Part shown: one piece after another, positions 31,383 to 42,226 of the stretch | Layout: each line of letters starts with the position of its first letter | How positions within the stretch are numbered: the first letter of the stretch is position 1 | Origin: Leptospira sp. | GTDB taxonomy: Bacteria > Spirochaetota > Leptospiria > Leptospirales > Leptospiraceae | Assembly (NCBI GenBank): GCA_034439575.1 | Contig: JAWXAQ010000008.1 | Coordinates: forward strand, 224,001-288,000 | Direction of reading: 5' to 3' | DNA: 64,000 nucleotides | Program-made: the position numbers and the translations under genes | The notes under the pieces: generated by a model | What the model saw: only the letters and a program-made list of their open reading frames with translations | The model's database searches: none | Told to the model about the DNA's origin: nothing

Positions 31383-32388
31383 TTGAATAATTCCGTATCA
31401 AAGAGTTTAAATACTCTTTGAAGGCAGTGGTGAAGGATAAGGAAGATCCATTCTGCAATGCTTCAGGATATTTCATAAAAAAATTAAACAATGCTTCTTT
31501 GTTTGTTGTACTAAGTATGAATTTTTGTCCTTCTTCTTTATAAGGATAATCATCCAATAGTAATTGAAATGAGTCTTTATAATTTGGATCAATCATGATT
31601 AAAATTACTTCGCTTTCATGTTTTGAAAATGAGAGCGGGTGAAAGCTCAAATCTATATCAGAATTTTTTTTGTTTGAATGAAAGTCTTCTCGTAAGTCTT
31701 TTCTGATTTCGATTCTAGGTAAAATAAATCTTCGAATTCCTTTTTTCATTCTATCATATGCGATCAAATAAAAATCTTCAGAATTTTTTCTAACCAAACG
31801 ATATGGCTCAATGATTCTTTCTTTGTTGTCCCGACCATATGAAATGACTAAGGCACGTTTGTCTTTTAAGGCCTGGATAATCTTTGTTAATGGTGATTCG
31901 TCTTCATTGGGCTCTTCTGATTTCTTATGTTTATGAATTTTAATTCCTTTGGGATATAATTCTAAATTCTTGGAAAAAAGTTTTTGCGAAAGTGAAAGCA
32001 AAATATGATTTTCTATATTTGTTTCAGAACAAAGTAATATAGAGAGATATTCTAATTCTTCTTTTGAGAACTTTAATACTTGGTCCAGTTTTTCTTTTTC
32101 TAAGTAATAAGGATAGTGATCCTCAGACTGATAGCCAAAATTTGCCATCTTGATATTGAAACCCATAGATTTTAATTGGTTGAGATCTCGATAAAGTTTT
32201 TTACGATCTGAATCTATGTCATCATTGCGATAATGCCGAGGCATGATTTTCCTAAATTTTTGAAATGAGATTCCTTTTGGTTCCTTCATTAGGTTGAAAA
32301 GAAGTGCAAAGAGACGAATTTCCGTATCATTCATCTTTTTCACATCAATCATGGGAAAATTGTCCTCTAGTTCGAGATCCTTTGGCAT
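31372..32388 (-). CDS. wHTH-WYL domain transcriptional regulator
   Basis: RKKLYRDLNQLK HTH; ISY...RIIEPYRL...FYLIAYD...IRRFILPRI. Confidence 0.88.
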   Translation of the reverse strand: MPKDLELEDNFPMIDVKKMNDTEIRLFALLFNLMKEPKGISFQKFRKIMPRHYRNDDIDSDRKKLYRDLNQLKSMGFNIKMANFGYQSEDHYPYYLEKEKLDQVLKFSKEELEYLSILLCSETNIENHILLSLSQKLFSKNLELYPKGIKIHKHKKSEEPNEDESPLTKIIQALKDKRALVISYGRDNKERIIEPYRLVRKNSEDFYLIAYDRMKKGIRRFILPRIEIRKDLREDFHSNKKNSDIDLSFHPLSFSKHESEVILIMIDPNYKDSFQLLLDDYPYKEEGQKFILSTTNKEALFNFFMKYPEALQNGSSLSFTTAFKEYLNSLIRNYSIVT

Positions 32389-32453
32389 ATACGATTCCAG
32401 AATTAAGTTTTTTTTGATTCCGCAAAGTAGAAAATCTTAAATCTTGGAAAAGA

Positions 32454-33215
32454 ATGCGTTTTTGGCCATTTATACTCAGCTTAGTTTTCCTTTTTAATTG
32501 TGCGACTTACTGGAAAAACCGTAAAAATGATTTATATGATGTAGTCACTATCGGAGTGGAAAAACCAATGTATGGCGCCGCTGTCAAATTTGGACCTCTA
32601 CCAATTGGCCTATTATTTTTAGGTGGTGAAAGTGAGCTTGGGAAAAAAGATTTGGGTCGTGGGTTCGGCGTTAGGGGAGGGGCAATTGGCGGTTACCATT
32701 CCCAGCAACTCGTATACACCTTCTTAGGTGGGGAGAGTTTTCTTCCAGGCGAACCTATCAAAGATGAAAAGGGCAATTGGATGGTTGATGAAAAAAAAAT
32801 TCCTTTCGCAGAAGATGACCGTGCCAATATCAAAAGTTTTAAGATGCGTTATTTTAGTTATTTTAATGATCCAGTCAAAGAGCGAAAAAAACGAAAAAAG
32901 GCCACTTTTCAAAGAGAGCTCACAAAGGATTTAGTGAGAGAAACGGGCAAAACAGAATTTCTCGTCTATTTACCGAAAGAGGATGAAAAGCCTTTTGGTT
33001 ATCCCGATGGTTTTTTATGGAATTTTGAAATTGTCGGTGGAATCTATGGTGGGGGAAGACTGGGATTTAACTTTGGTGAGATGGCAGATTTCCTGATAGG
33101 TTTTACCACATTAGATATGTACGACGATGATGTGGAGGGAAAGTCAAAACCAACATTTCCTGGTTTTCCTTTCCCCGCACCCACAACCACCGAAGGGGCA
33201 ACTAGCGAAGATTAA
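32454..33215 (+). CDS. Leptospira lipoprotein (LIC13411-like)
   Basis: Lipobox LFNC followed by ATYWKNRKNDLYD; C-terminal GFNFGEMADFLIGFTTLDMYDDD. Confidence 0.65.
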   Translation: MRFWPFILSLVFLFNCATYWKNRKNDLYDVVTIGVEKPMYGAAVKFGPLPIGLLFLGGESELGKKDLGRGFGVRGGAIGGYHSQQLVYTFLGGESFLPGEPIKDEKGNWMVDEKKIPFAEDDRANIKSFKMRYFSYFNDPVKERKKRKKATFQRELTKDLVRETGKTEFLVYLPKEDEKPFGYPDGFLWNFEIVGGIYGGGRLGFNFGEMADFLIGFTTLDMYDDDVEGKSKPTFPGFPFPAPTTTEGATSED

Positions 33216-33580
33216 AGTTTGAAATCTTTTGCTGTGATTTTATTTTTAGGGTCAAAAGTTAACTTCAAAAATTTGAAAGTTTCAGGTTGTGCCGGTTTTT
33301 CTTTCAAAGTATAATACTGTTCAGGTACATCTAAGTCTTCAGCAAAATACCATGTCATCACTGAGCCTGTTGGGTCAGAAGATTTTTCAGTGGGTTTACC
33401 GACAAGAGCTTCCGTTTTAACCCAATTGTCACCGACTTTAATCAAATCGATTTCCAATTTACGAAGAGCAGTATGTGGATGAATTTTTGTACTAGTAGAT
33501 GTGACTTTATTTCCAGAAGAACAACCAACAAATGTTAGTATCACTAATATGTAAGAAAGAATGAGAATTGACTTTTTCAA
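33212..33580 (-). CDS. Leptospira lipoprotein (LIC13410-like, SmpA/OmlA-like)
   Basis: TTG start, lipobox FVGC, IKVGD...LVGKP...WYF. Confidence 0.65.
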   Translation of the reverse strand: MKKSILILSYILVILTFVGCSSGNKVTSTSTKIHPHTALRKLEIDLIKVGDNWVKTEALVGKPTEKSSDPTGSVMTWYFAEDLDVPEQYYTLKEKPAQPETFKFLKLTFDPKNKITAKDFKL

Positions 33581-33612
33581 AGTTCACCTCGGTTAAATTT
33601 TCTATTTATAAA

Positions 33613-34875
33613 TTAAAACAGGTGAGGGGAATTGGCAAGTGATATCTCTTCTCTTTCTTTCTCGACATGGTGAATTTTTGTCAGGATTTTTTTGAAAAAT
33701 GGGATGGTAAGTAGAACTAGAAAAATTTCAAGAAACCCAAAGAAAAAAGAGAGGGAAGGAAATGCATAATCGCTCGGAACATTAGCGACAAGGAAATTTT
33801 GAACATTCACTGAGACGATTGGTCCAAGCATAAAACCGAGGGAACCGATCCCAGTAAAGGCGGACATAGTTGTCGCGGTAAGACCTGGCTTAGACATTTT
33901 ACTTGCGAGTAACATAGAAGGCACAAACATCACTCCGGCACCTATTCCACATAACAATAAATAACTGAATAACACCCAGTATTCGGAAGTCGTCCCTGAA
34001 AGTCCTAAAAATAAACCATACATTGTTGATCCAACGAGCACAAGGGGTAAAACGCCTGTTTTACGAGAGAGCACTGCCGAAGGATAGGATAGTAGTGACA
34101 TAGGGAAGAGAACCAATCCCAAAAATAATCCAAGTGTTCCTGGATGAAATCCTAATGATTCTCTGAGATAAATATTAAATGATGAAATGATAAATCCTAC
34201 AGTAAATCGATCTATGAAATTAAAAAGGAAGGGAACAGCAAGGTATGGATTTTCGATGGCTGCACGTTTGAGGTGAGACCAATGGAATTTTTTTTGTTTG
34301 TGAATGCCTTTGTCTTTCAAATGCAAGAGACTGACGATTCCGACAAATATAAGAATACCACTTCCAACATAAAATGGTAATAATGGGTTTTTTCTCCCGA
34401 GTACTCCAAGTGGCATACCAAAGGCACCGCCTAGCGAAAGAAACATGCCAGTGATACCCATAAGTACACCTTTGCCATAATATTTTGTATTTGATGAATC
34501 ATTTTCTCTATCAGCGGCAGAGCTTAACAAAAGTCCGATTATAAATATATGTGATGCACCTTCCAAAAATCTTATGATCAAAAATAGATTCATGTCTTGG
34601 ACTAGAGTCAGCAAATAAAATAGAAAGGCGTCGAGGAAACAAAAACCTGCTATAAAATACTTTCGATTTTGGAATTTATCAGAAATAATTCCCGCAATAG
34701 GCGCAAATAAAAAGCTACCTAACATCGGTATGCTTGTAAAATAAGCGACTTCAAGATTCCCACCGAGTAATCGATCTTTGACGATTTCCTTGACTACCGG
34801 CACAATCATCGTGACCGGTATCATGGACAAAAATACTAAAGTAATTAATGTGTATGGGAAACTCAAATGAATCAA
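33613..34875 (-). CDS. MFS transporter downstream of hemO
   Basis: GIISDKFQNRK motif A-like, RFLEG, about 12 TMs. Confidence 0.88.
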   Translation of the reverse strand: MIHLSFPYTLITLVFLSMIPVTMIVPVVKEIVKDRLLGGNLEVAYFTSIPMLGSFLFAPIAGIISDKFQNRKYFIAGFCFLDAFLFYLLTLVQDMNLFLIIRFLEGASHIFIIGLLLSSAADRENDSSNTKYYGKGVLMGITGMFLSLGGAFGMPLGVLGRKNPLLPFYVGSGILIFVGIVSLLHLKDKGIHKQKKFHWSHLKRAAIENPYLAVPFLFNFIDRFTVGFIISSFNIYLRESLGFHPGTLGLFLGLVLFPMSLLSYPSAVLSRKTGVLPLVLVGSTMYGLFLGLSGTTSEYWVLFSYLLLCGIGAGVMFVPSMLLASKMSKPGLTATTMSAFTGIGSLGFMLGPIVSVNVQNFLVANVPSDYAFPSLSFFFGFLEIFLVLLTIPFFKKILTKIHHVEKEREEISLANSPHLF

Positions 34876-34878
34876 CCT

Positions 34879-35553
34879 TTATGGAACTAGTGCGAGATAT
34901 TTCTCAGTTCCTATATTTGATTTGAGGTCAGAATCTAATTCAACAAAAAGATCTTTATTCAGATCAAAAACTTTTTTTGCCTCGGCTAACAATTCTTCCT
35001 TTTGGGTTTCATTTAAAGGGAGAGTGTCGAGTGCCGTTCTATAAATTCCTTTAAAAGCTTGGTGGTCTGCAATGTTTGGGAATTCGTAAAATTGGGTTCC
35101 TTCGTTTTCATTTAACTGAAAGGTCCGAGCGACTACCTTTTTGATGGCTTGGCCACCAGAGAGGTCACCTAGGTAACGCACATAGGATTGAGCCGATAGA
35201 AGGTAGGGATTTGTTTTTGCCACATTTTGAATGTGTTCCACATAGGCTTTGGTTTTTGGCGATAAGGAACCTTTTAATTTTGTCCCGAATCGTTTTTGAA
35301 AATAAGCAATATCTTCTTTCAAGGCATCTTGGCGATTAAGTTCAGGATAATACAATTTGCTTAACACAGGATGGGATTTTTCGGCCGCAAAGAAAGATTC
35401 CATACATTCATAAATTGGTAAAAAACACTCCAATTGCGTCGTATACGTTTGAGGATCGAGACCGCCCTTAAAGATGGCACGAAGGTATGGGACTTTTTCG
35501 GTTTCCTGGTGTTTTTCTGCAGTTCCTTCTCGGAGCATCATAGCGATAGACAT
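34879..35553 (-). CDS. hemO: Biliverdin-producing heme oxygenase
   Basis: LREGTAEKHQETE, YVRYLGDLSGGQ, FYEF, EAKKVFDLN. Confidence 0.94.
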   Translation of the reverse strand: MSIAMMLREGTAEKHQETEKVPYLRAIFKGGLDPQTYTTQLECFLPIYECMESFFAAEKSHPVLSKLYYPELNRQDALKEDIAYFQKRFGTKLKGSLSPKTKAYVEHIQNVAKTNPYLLSAQSYVRYLGDLSGGQAIKKVVARTFQLNENEGTQFYEFPNIADHQAFKGIYRTALDTLPLNETQKEELLAEAKKVFDLNKDLFVELDSDLKSNIGTEKYLALVP

Positions 35554-35584
35554 AATTTATTCCTCTTGGATCAAGTAAATATAT

Positions 35585-35599
35585 TGAGAATCAATCTCA
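35585..35599. promoter_or_regulatory. Fur-box-like operator upstream of hemO
   Basis: TGAGAAT-C-AATCTCA resembles the 7-1-7 Fur consensus TGATAAT-N-ATTATCA, about 32 bp from the hemO ATG. Confidence 0.65.
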
Positions 35600-35664
35600 G
35601 AAATGACAGTACTGTGACAATCAACCGAAAGTAAAGAAATTTTTTTTCGGCAATCTTTGTAGAA

Positions 35665-36735
35665 TTATGGATACAGGATGGAGGAGAGGAAGAAGATCAT
35701 CAAACTAACAACGAGGCCTAAAGTAGCAAGGAACACATCTTTGGCGACCTTTCGAAACGTATCTAAATAGGGAAGATCTCTATACGTTAAAACATTTAAT
35801 ATAATTTCTCTTCCTGCCAAAAGCCCCAAAAATACCCAAGTGGTTGACATAGGTATATTGCTTATAAATTGAAATACGAATAATATTGTTCCATAAACTA
35901 TATCTACGATTGTTGCCGCTTTTGCCCATTTGATATCAGATTTTTCAGATACAACTTGTTGAATGGTTCCGCCATTTGTTCTGATGATGACAAATAAGGC
36001 GATAAGTATGAGGCCGACTGCTCCGAGAAATTCACCAAACAGAAGTTTTCTGGGAAGAAATACTGCAATGTTTGCTGTATCTTGCAACAACCATGCGATC
36101 CAAAGGTAAATAGTTGATGCCCACTGGTATCTAGACCAACGAAGTTCAGACATTGGGTCTGGCGTATGTTCTTCGTTATATTCATGTGGATCAATTTTCG
36201 CAAGGATCGCCCAAACAATAATTGCACCAAAAAAAGCGATCCCATAACCAAAAAATGATTTTGTGAGCATCTTTTCTATGGATTGTCCACTAAACAATCC
36301 CAAGACGAGAAAGGTAGTCGAAACTGGCGCGCGTAACCTTGTAATTACAACTAAGATAACAGGCGATAATAACTGAATTAGATTGAAATTTGAGACTTCG
36401 GATATTGAGTCAAGTCTTCGAAAATGAATTTCACCTTCATGAAGAAACCAACCAATAAAATGAACGATAACGAGAAGAAAACCAAGTACAAATACTTTGT
36501 GTAACCAATGAACGGACTTTTTACTTTCGATAAATGTCCCAACAGTTTGTACGGCATCGTTTCCTGCGACTGAAAATGCAGCGATGGCAAAGGATAACCA
36601 TCCCAACCAATAGAGAGGAACTCCAAAAAAATATCCTAAACAGATAAAGGTAACAAGTAAGATGATCCCTGAGAAAAACCTTACTTGGTCCTTGAAACTT
36701 GGATGTTGGTAATCAATGTCCTCTCTCTGGTTCAT
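35665..36735 (-). CDS. Membrane protein, distant PiT/PHO4-like
   Basis: [24 protein letters not shown]: duplicated PiT-like signature halves. Confidence 0.6.
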   Translation of the reverse strand: MNQREDIDYQHPSFKDQVRFFSGIILLVTFICLGYFFGVPLYWLGWLSFAIAAFSVAGNDAVQTVGTFIESKKSVHWLHKVFVLGFLLVIVHFIGWFLHEGEIHFRRLDSISEVSNFNLIQLLSPVILVVITRLRAPVSTTFLVLGLFSGQSIEKMLTKSFFGYGIAFFGAIIVWAILAKIDPHEYNEEHTPDPMSELRWSRYQWASTIYLWIAWLLQDTANIAVFLPRKLLFGEFLGAVGLILIALFVIIRTNGGTIQQVVSEKSDIKWAKAATIVDIVYGTILFVFQFISNIPMSTTWVFLGLLAGREIILNVLTYRDLPYLDTFRKVAKDVFLATLGLVVSLMIFFLSSILYP

Positions 36736-37514
36736 TCACTCATGTAGTGTTTCGCATATCTCTCCGTAATTTCTTTGCGATCAAAGAGAATAAACACATC
36801 CGTAGTACCAAAAACAGAATCTAATGCTGGAGTGCCACAGATTTTAGCACCAATTCGAATGTAACCTTTTAAAAGTGGAGGGATATTTTTTGAGATAGCT
36901 TTGAGATCCTGAATCACAAAATTTTCTGAAAAACCAGGCAATACATTATCTGGATTTGGATAAACTCGAAATTCAGCAGGAGCAAGAGCTTCTTTTTCTT
37001 TTAAAAATGCGTATGATTGTGATGCAATTTCTGGATCAGTAGAATGGATTGATCCACATCCCATCAAATAACGCACGTTATTTTTGATCATAAATTCTGC
37101 AAGACCTTGCCATAAAAGTGAAATCACTGAACCATCCCGATAGTCAGGGTGCACGCAACTTCTTCCCACTTCAGCAATCTCATCTGGTAAATTGTAGATG
37201 GATGTGATATCAAATTCGTTTTCGCTATAAAAACCGATTCCTTCTTTGGCAACTTTTCTAGTTAATATGCGATAGGTGCCGACAATTTTTTCTTCGAAAG
37301 ATTTATCGATGACGATTAGGTGATCACAATACAAATCGTATTCATCTCTATCCTTTCTCGTTGCAGAGGATTGAGGAAGACCCTCACCCATTTCTAAGTT
37401 AAAAACATCATAACGAAGAGCGAGTGCTCTTTCGATTTCTAATTGGTTTTGTGCGATTCGTACTTCTAGAACTCGCTCTTTTTTGTTAATTGTAGGACTG
37501 GAATTTGCTTTCAT
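36732..37514 (-). CDS. GNAT N-acyltransferase, OlsB-like
   Basis: [40 protein letters not shown]; likely start MKANSS at 37514. Confidence 0.88.
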   Translation of the reverse strand: MKANSSPTINKKERVLEVRIAQNQLEIERALALRYDVFNLEMGEGLPQSSATRKDRDEYDLYCDHLIVIDKSFEEKIVGTYRILTRKVAKEGIGFYSENEFDITSIYNLPDEIAEVGRSCVHPDYRDGSVISLLWQGLAEFMIKNNVRYLMGCGSIHSTDPEIASQSYAFLKEKEALAPAEFRVYPNPDNVLPGFSENFVIQDLKAISKNIPPLLKGYIRIGAKICGTPALDSVFGTTDVFILFDRKEITERYAKHYMSE

Positions 37515-37603
37515 GGAGGAACTTCCTTTTTTTTTTCTATGCTTCAAGGTAGTTCTTCTCCGTTACAGGCTCATGACAAAACTGTGAAATTTAGACGATC
37601 TTT

Positions 37604-40405
37604 CTAATGTGCTTCGTCCCAATTTTTCCCAAATTTCCCTTCCACGGTAACTGGTACTAAAAGTTTTAAAGCAGATTCCATTTCTTTTTTCGCCATGTCA
37701 AAAAATTCTTTTTTCTCAGATGTATGAACTTCAAATACAAGTTCATCATGTACTTGTAATATGATTCTAGACTTTAACTTACTCGAATCAATTTTATTTT
37801 GAATGTTGATCATCGCAATTTTGATCATATCCGCAGAAGTACCTTGGATAGGGGAGTTGATTGCCACTCGTTTGGCTGCTTCACTAGCCATCTTATTTGT
37901 GGAATTGATATCAGGAAGATAACGTTTACGCCCTAACATCGTTTCTACGTATCCATTTTCTTTGCAAAATTTTACAGTAGAATCCATATAAGATTCCACT
38001 CCCTTGTACTGTTCAAAGTATTTATCAATAAATTCTTTGGCTTCTTTTCGTGAAACTTTGAGATTGTTTGAAAGGCCAAAAGAAGTTACACCATAGATGA
38101 CAGAAAAATTTACGATTTTGGCTTTGTTTCGCATTTCGGGTGTTACATCTTTTTCTTTAACACCATATAAACCAGCGGCTGTTATTTTATGAATGTCAGC
38201 ACCGGTTTTGTAAGCTTCCACCATATTTGGGTCTTTGGAAAAATGAGCCATAATACGAAGTTCGATTTGGCTATAATCCAAAGATAAAATTTCAAAACCT
38301 GGGCTTGTAATAAAACCTTTTCGTAACAATCTTCCTTCTTCATCTTTGATGGGAATATTTTGTAAATTGGGGTTTGTAGAAGATAGTCTCCCTGTTGCGG
38401 CAATGGTTTGATTGTAACTGGTGTGAATCCGCCCTGTCTTCGCATTGATAAGTGTAGGCAATGTATCTGAATACGTAGATTTTAATTTAGAAAATTTGCG
38501 TATGGCGAGTAGGTCATCAATGATTGGATGGGTTCCTATCAGAGATTCCAGAACTGAGTGGTCAGTGGAAAATCCAGTTTGTGTTTTTTTCTCAGCGGGC
38601 AGTCTCAAATCTTCAAACAATACAACTTGCAATTCCTTCGTAGAATTTACGTTAAATGTTCTGCCTGCATAAAAATGAATATTTTTTTCATGTTCTTTGA
38701 TTTTTGCATCAAAGATTTTTGAAAGACCTTCGAAGTATTTTGGTTCGACAAGGATTCCTTGAAATTCCATACGAGAAAGAACATCTAACAAAGGCATTTC
38801 AAGTTTTGAAAAAATTTCTGCTTTGTCTGTTTCTTTTATTTTTTTAGCAAGTAATTCATAGAGTTGAAAGGTGATATCCGCATCTTCACAAGCATAGTCG
38901 GAAACCAAATCAGGATCAACATCATATAAAAATTGTTTCTTTTTGCCAGTGCCAACTAATTCATCATAGGTAATGGTTTTGTAGTTTAAATAATCCACCG
39001 CCATATCATCCATATTATGGCGTCGTTCTCCTGGTTTTAAGATATAAGATGCTATCATGGTATCAAAATTGATTCCTGAAAGTTCAACATCATAATTTCG
39101 AAAAACCAATAAATCATATTTAATATTTTGACCAACCTTGAGAATTTTTGGATTTTCTAATATGGGTTTAACTATTTTTAATACTTCCTTTAAATCAGGA
39201 AGTGTATGCGAATAAATAGATTCGGGATGTCCAATCGCCACATAATAAGCTATATGTGGTTCGGAACAAAATGAAATTCCGAGTAAATCTGCATTCATCG
39301 GATCGGAGGAAGTAGTTTCCGTATCGACAGATAAAATTTTCTTGGATTCTAATTTGGTGATAATTTTTTTTAATTCATCAATCGTTTTTATGCGAATGTA
39401 TTTTTGTTTGTCACTTTTCAGGCGTAAGTCGCCATCGGATTTCTCGGAAACTTCTTCTATCGCATCTGCTTTATTTTTTGATGATTTACTTTTTTTTGCT
39501 GGGGCTTTATCACTTTCATCAAGTGTGATTCCTGCTTGTTTTGCGAGATCCCTATGCAAAACATTATAACCTTTTTCTTTGAAATAATGAACTTTGGTCG
39601 GATCAAAATAATTTGGAACTTTTAAGTCGTTTTTCTTAATATCTAACTTTAAATTGGTGACAATTGTTGCCAATTTTCTAGAGAGGAATGCATTTTCTTT
39701 ATCATTTTTTAATTTATCAATGAGTCCTTTATTTTTTAACTTATCTACATTTTTATATATAGTTTCCAGATTTCCATATTCTTGAATCAAAGTCGCGGCA
39801 CCCTTTTCGCCAACTCCTTTGACTCCAGGAATATTATCAGAAGTATCTCCAACAAGACCCATATAATCGGTCACTTGTTCTTTAGTGATCCCAATATTTG
39901 TTTTGACCCATTCTGGATTGATATGTTCAAATTCAGAAACGCCTTTTTTACCACGTAACATATGTATGTTTTTATCGAGGACTTGGTATAGATCTTTATC
40001 TGAAGAAAGAATAACGATTTGATCAAAATCCTTTGCAAATTTTTTACAAAGTGAACCTATGATATCATCTGCTTCGATTCCATCAAGTTTGTACATAGGG
40101 AACTCAAGTGCAGAAATCATTTCATATATTTCTTTGAGTTGCGGTTTTAGATCTTCTGGCATCGGTTTGCGTTGTGCCTTATATGCCTCATACATATCAT
40201 TGCGATGCAGACGGGTACCAGGATCAAAAGTAAACGCAATATGGGAAACTTTTTCGTCTTGTAATAATTTAAATAACATCCTCCAAAATCCAAACACAGC
40301 TCCGCTAGGAAGTCCAGTGATCGAATTTTTAAGATTAGATGCAGCAAATGCGAAGTAGGCGCGGAATGCCAAAGCATGACCGTCAATGATGAGGAGTCTG
40401 TTCAT
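37604..40405 (-). CDS. polA: DNA polymerase I
   Basis: IIDGH, EADD, GDTSDNIPGV, DTETT, TGRLSS, DYSQIELR, QVHDEL. Confidence 0.98.
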   Translation of the reverse strand: MNRLLIIDGHALAFRAYFAFAASNLKNSITGLPSGAVFGFWRMLFKLLQDEKVSHIAFTFDPGTRLHRNDMYEAYKAQRKPMPEDLKPQLKEIYEMISALEFPMYKLDGIEADDIIGSLCKKFAKDFDQIVILSSDKDLYQVLDKNIHMLRGKKGVSEFEHINPEWVKTNIGITKEQVTDYMGLVGDTSDNIPGVKGVGEKGAATLIQEYGNLETIYKNVDKLKNKGLIDKLKNDKENAFLSRKLATIVTNLKLDIKKNDLKVPNYFDPTKVHYFKEKGYNVLHRDLAKQAGITLDESDKAPAKKSKSSKNKADAIEEVSEKSDGDLRLKSDKQKYIRIKTIDELKKIITKLESKKILSVDTETTSSDPMNADLLGISFCSEPHIAYYVAIGHPESIYSHTLPDLKEVLKIVKPILENPKILKVGQNIKYDLLVFRNYDVELSGINFDTMIASYILKPGERRHNMDDMAVDYLNYKTITYDELVGTGKKKQFLYDVDPDLVSDYACEDADITFQLYELLAKKIKETDKAEIFSKLEMPLLDVLSRMEFQGILVEPKYFEGLSKIFDAKIKEHEKNIHFYAGRTFNVNSTKELQVVLFEDLRLPAEKKTQTGFSTDHSVLESLIGTHPIIDDLLAIRKFSKLKSTYSDTLPTLINAKTGRIHTSYNQTIAATGRLSSTNPNLQNIPIKDEEGRLLRKGFITSPGFEILSLDYSQIELRIMAHFSKDPNMVEAYKTGADIHKITAAGLYGVKEKDVTPEMRNKAKIVNFSVIYGVTSFGLSNNLKVSRKEAKEFIDKYFEQYKGVESYMDSTVKFCKENGYVETMLGRKRYLPDINSTNKMASEAAKRVAINSPIQGTSADMIKIAMINIQNKIDSSKLKSRIILQVHDELVFEVHTSEKKEFFDMAKKEMESALKLLVPVTVEGKFGKNWDEAH

Positions 40406-41511
40406 TTGATTTTTTTTCCGTAAAGAGAATCGCCAATTAACGAGAAGTATACGAGTTTTGTTTTTTGTGTGGTGTTGTGATATGAAAATCTATTTACAGA
40501 ATGTTTGTTATATGCCCCAAAACTGATTCTTTTCTCTTCTGAGGCTAATAAGTTTTCAAAATGGTTTGCAAGTAAACTTGAATCTCCTACATCAGCAAGT
40601 AAAGCACCGCTATTGTCATTTAACATTTCAGCGATACCTCCACCCCGAGTCGCGACGATTGGCAATCCAGCGGCCATAGCATCTAAAACAGAAGTTCCAA
40701 GCCCTTCTTCTTTAGATGTTAAAGTGAAAATATCAAACAAGGAAAGTAATTCTGGGATATCTTTCCTGTAACCAGTAAAAATAATTTTATCGTCTAAATT
40801 AAGTTCTTTGGTTAAATTACGTAATTTTTTTTCCAATTTTCCTTCACCAACGATCATGAGTTTGTAAGATACTTCGGTATTTATTTTTGAAAGAGAACGA
40901 ATCAAAGTATCTTGGTCTTTATGATCCACAAGAGCCGCGATATTACCAATGATAAGAGTTTTTTTAGGAATAGAAAATTCTTCTCTAAGGGAGTTCGACT
41001 GCGGAAGTTTGGCGAAGCGTTTTGTATCAATGCCCGAATATACTGTAATGAGTTTTTCTGGACTGATTCCAGCTTCCATCATGATGGATCTAATTTTCTG
41101 AGAGACTGGAAGGAAATAATCAATCGCATCATGATTGTATTTCCATTTTGAAAATAAACTGCGCGCAGGTTTAAAATCAACTCGTCTTGAAACTACCAAA
41201 GGGATTTTGAGATGTTTTCTTTTGGCAAGCAATGCTAATGTATGAGCGTGACCTGTATGCGTATGAATCAGTGAAACTTTATTTTGAATTGCCAATTGAC
41301 GAATTTGACGGACAGCTCGAAAATCCCATTCACCACGCATCTCCACTGGGAAAAAGGGAATGCCTTCGTTTTGACATCTCTCTTCCAGAGGTGTACCTGG
41401 ATTTCCAATGACAGCTTGCTCAATTTTTTCTGCGGCCAATCCTTGAGAAAGATAGAATAACTGTTGTTCGCCGCCTCGCCATTCGCGAGAAGTGTTTATA
41501 TGTAAGATCAA
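40402..41511 (-). CDS. Glycosyltransferase family 4
   Basis: WRGGEQQ, EEGLGTSVLDAMAAGLP. Confidence 0.92.
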   Translation of the reverse strand: MILHINTSREWRGGEQQLFYLSQGLAAEKIEQAVIGNPGTPLEERCQNEGIPFFPVEMRGEWDFRAVRQIRQLAIQNKVSLIHTHTGHAHTLALLAKRKHLKIPLVVSRRVDFKPARSLFSKWKYNHDAIDYFLPVSQKIRSIMMEAGISPEKLITVYSGIDTKRFAKLPQSNSLREEFSIPKKTLIIGNIAALVDHKDQDTLIRSLSKINTEVSYKLMIVGEGKLEKKLRNLTKELNLDDKIIFTGYRKDIPELLSLFDIFTLTSKEEGLGTSVLDAMAAGLPIVATRGGGIAEMLNDNSGALLADVGDSSLLANHFENLLASEEKRISFGAYNKHSVNRFSYHNTTQKTKLVYFSLIGDSLYGKKIK

Positions 41512-42177
41512 TTATTGATGTTTGGCGCGGTCGTACTCAAGAGCCAATATAGAACCCATGACTTTAAAACCTTGGGGAGCTTCGCCCACCATGCCTTCTC
41601 CGTGAAACAATACCTTTACGGAGTCCATCATAGCACTAATAATTTTCAAGCCTTTTCCCATGTTTTTGTGCTTTTGGTCATTGCCATTATAAGGCAAGGC
41701 GGCTGGTTTTCTGATCTGATGGTTTTTGATATTTTCAATAAAAGTAGAGAGGCAGAGAGAGGAATTTGTTTTAATCAGTTCAGGGTCTGGATCTTCGACT
41801 GGATTTTCATTTCGTAAGCCCGAACCATAGTCCAAAACATAGAGTGTGAATTTTGAGCCTTCAATTCTCCATCGGCAAATGATCGTTTCATCACTGCAAC
41901 TACAAACATTGGCGGCAACTGAGTTCGTTAAGGCTTCATCTGCGGCCAGCTCAATTTGCATAATGTTCGCAACAGGGAAAAAATTTTCAGTTAAAGTACG
42001 TCGGAGCTCTTGACGGAACACTTTCACCGAAGCCATGTCAGGTGGAAGGAACATAGCGTAAGAACCTGGTGAAGGGCTTAATACGAACTGATTTGTTTCG
42101 CTCGCTACTCCCACTATGATTACCGAATTCCCACCATTTATTGCATAGTATACGAAAAAAACTCCAAAACAAAACAC
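41512..42177 (-). CDS. RsbW-like anti-sigma factor / HATPase_c protein
   Basis: ELAADEALTNSV, DYGSG, GKGLKIISAMMD; start uncertain. Confidence 0.8.
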   Translation of the reverse strand: MFCFGVFFVYYAINGGNSVIIVGVASETNQFVLSPSPGSYAMFLPPDMASVKVFRQELRRTLTENFFPVANIMQIELAADEALTNSVAANVCSCSDETIICRWRIEGSKFTLYVLDYGSGLRNENPVEDPDPELIKTNSSLCLSTFIENIKNHQIRKPAALPYNGNDQKHKNMGKGLKIISAMMDSVKVLFHGEGMVGEAPQGFKVMGSILALEYDRAKHQ

Positions 42178-42226
42178 AAAAAAGCTGAATCTTCCTTTGA
42201 ATGGGCCAAAAAACGGAAAAAAATTT

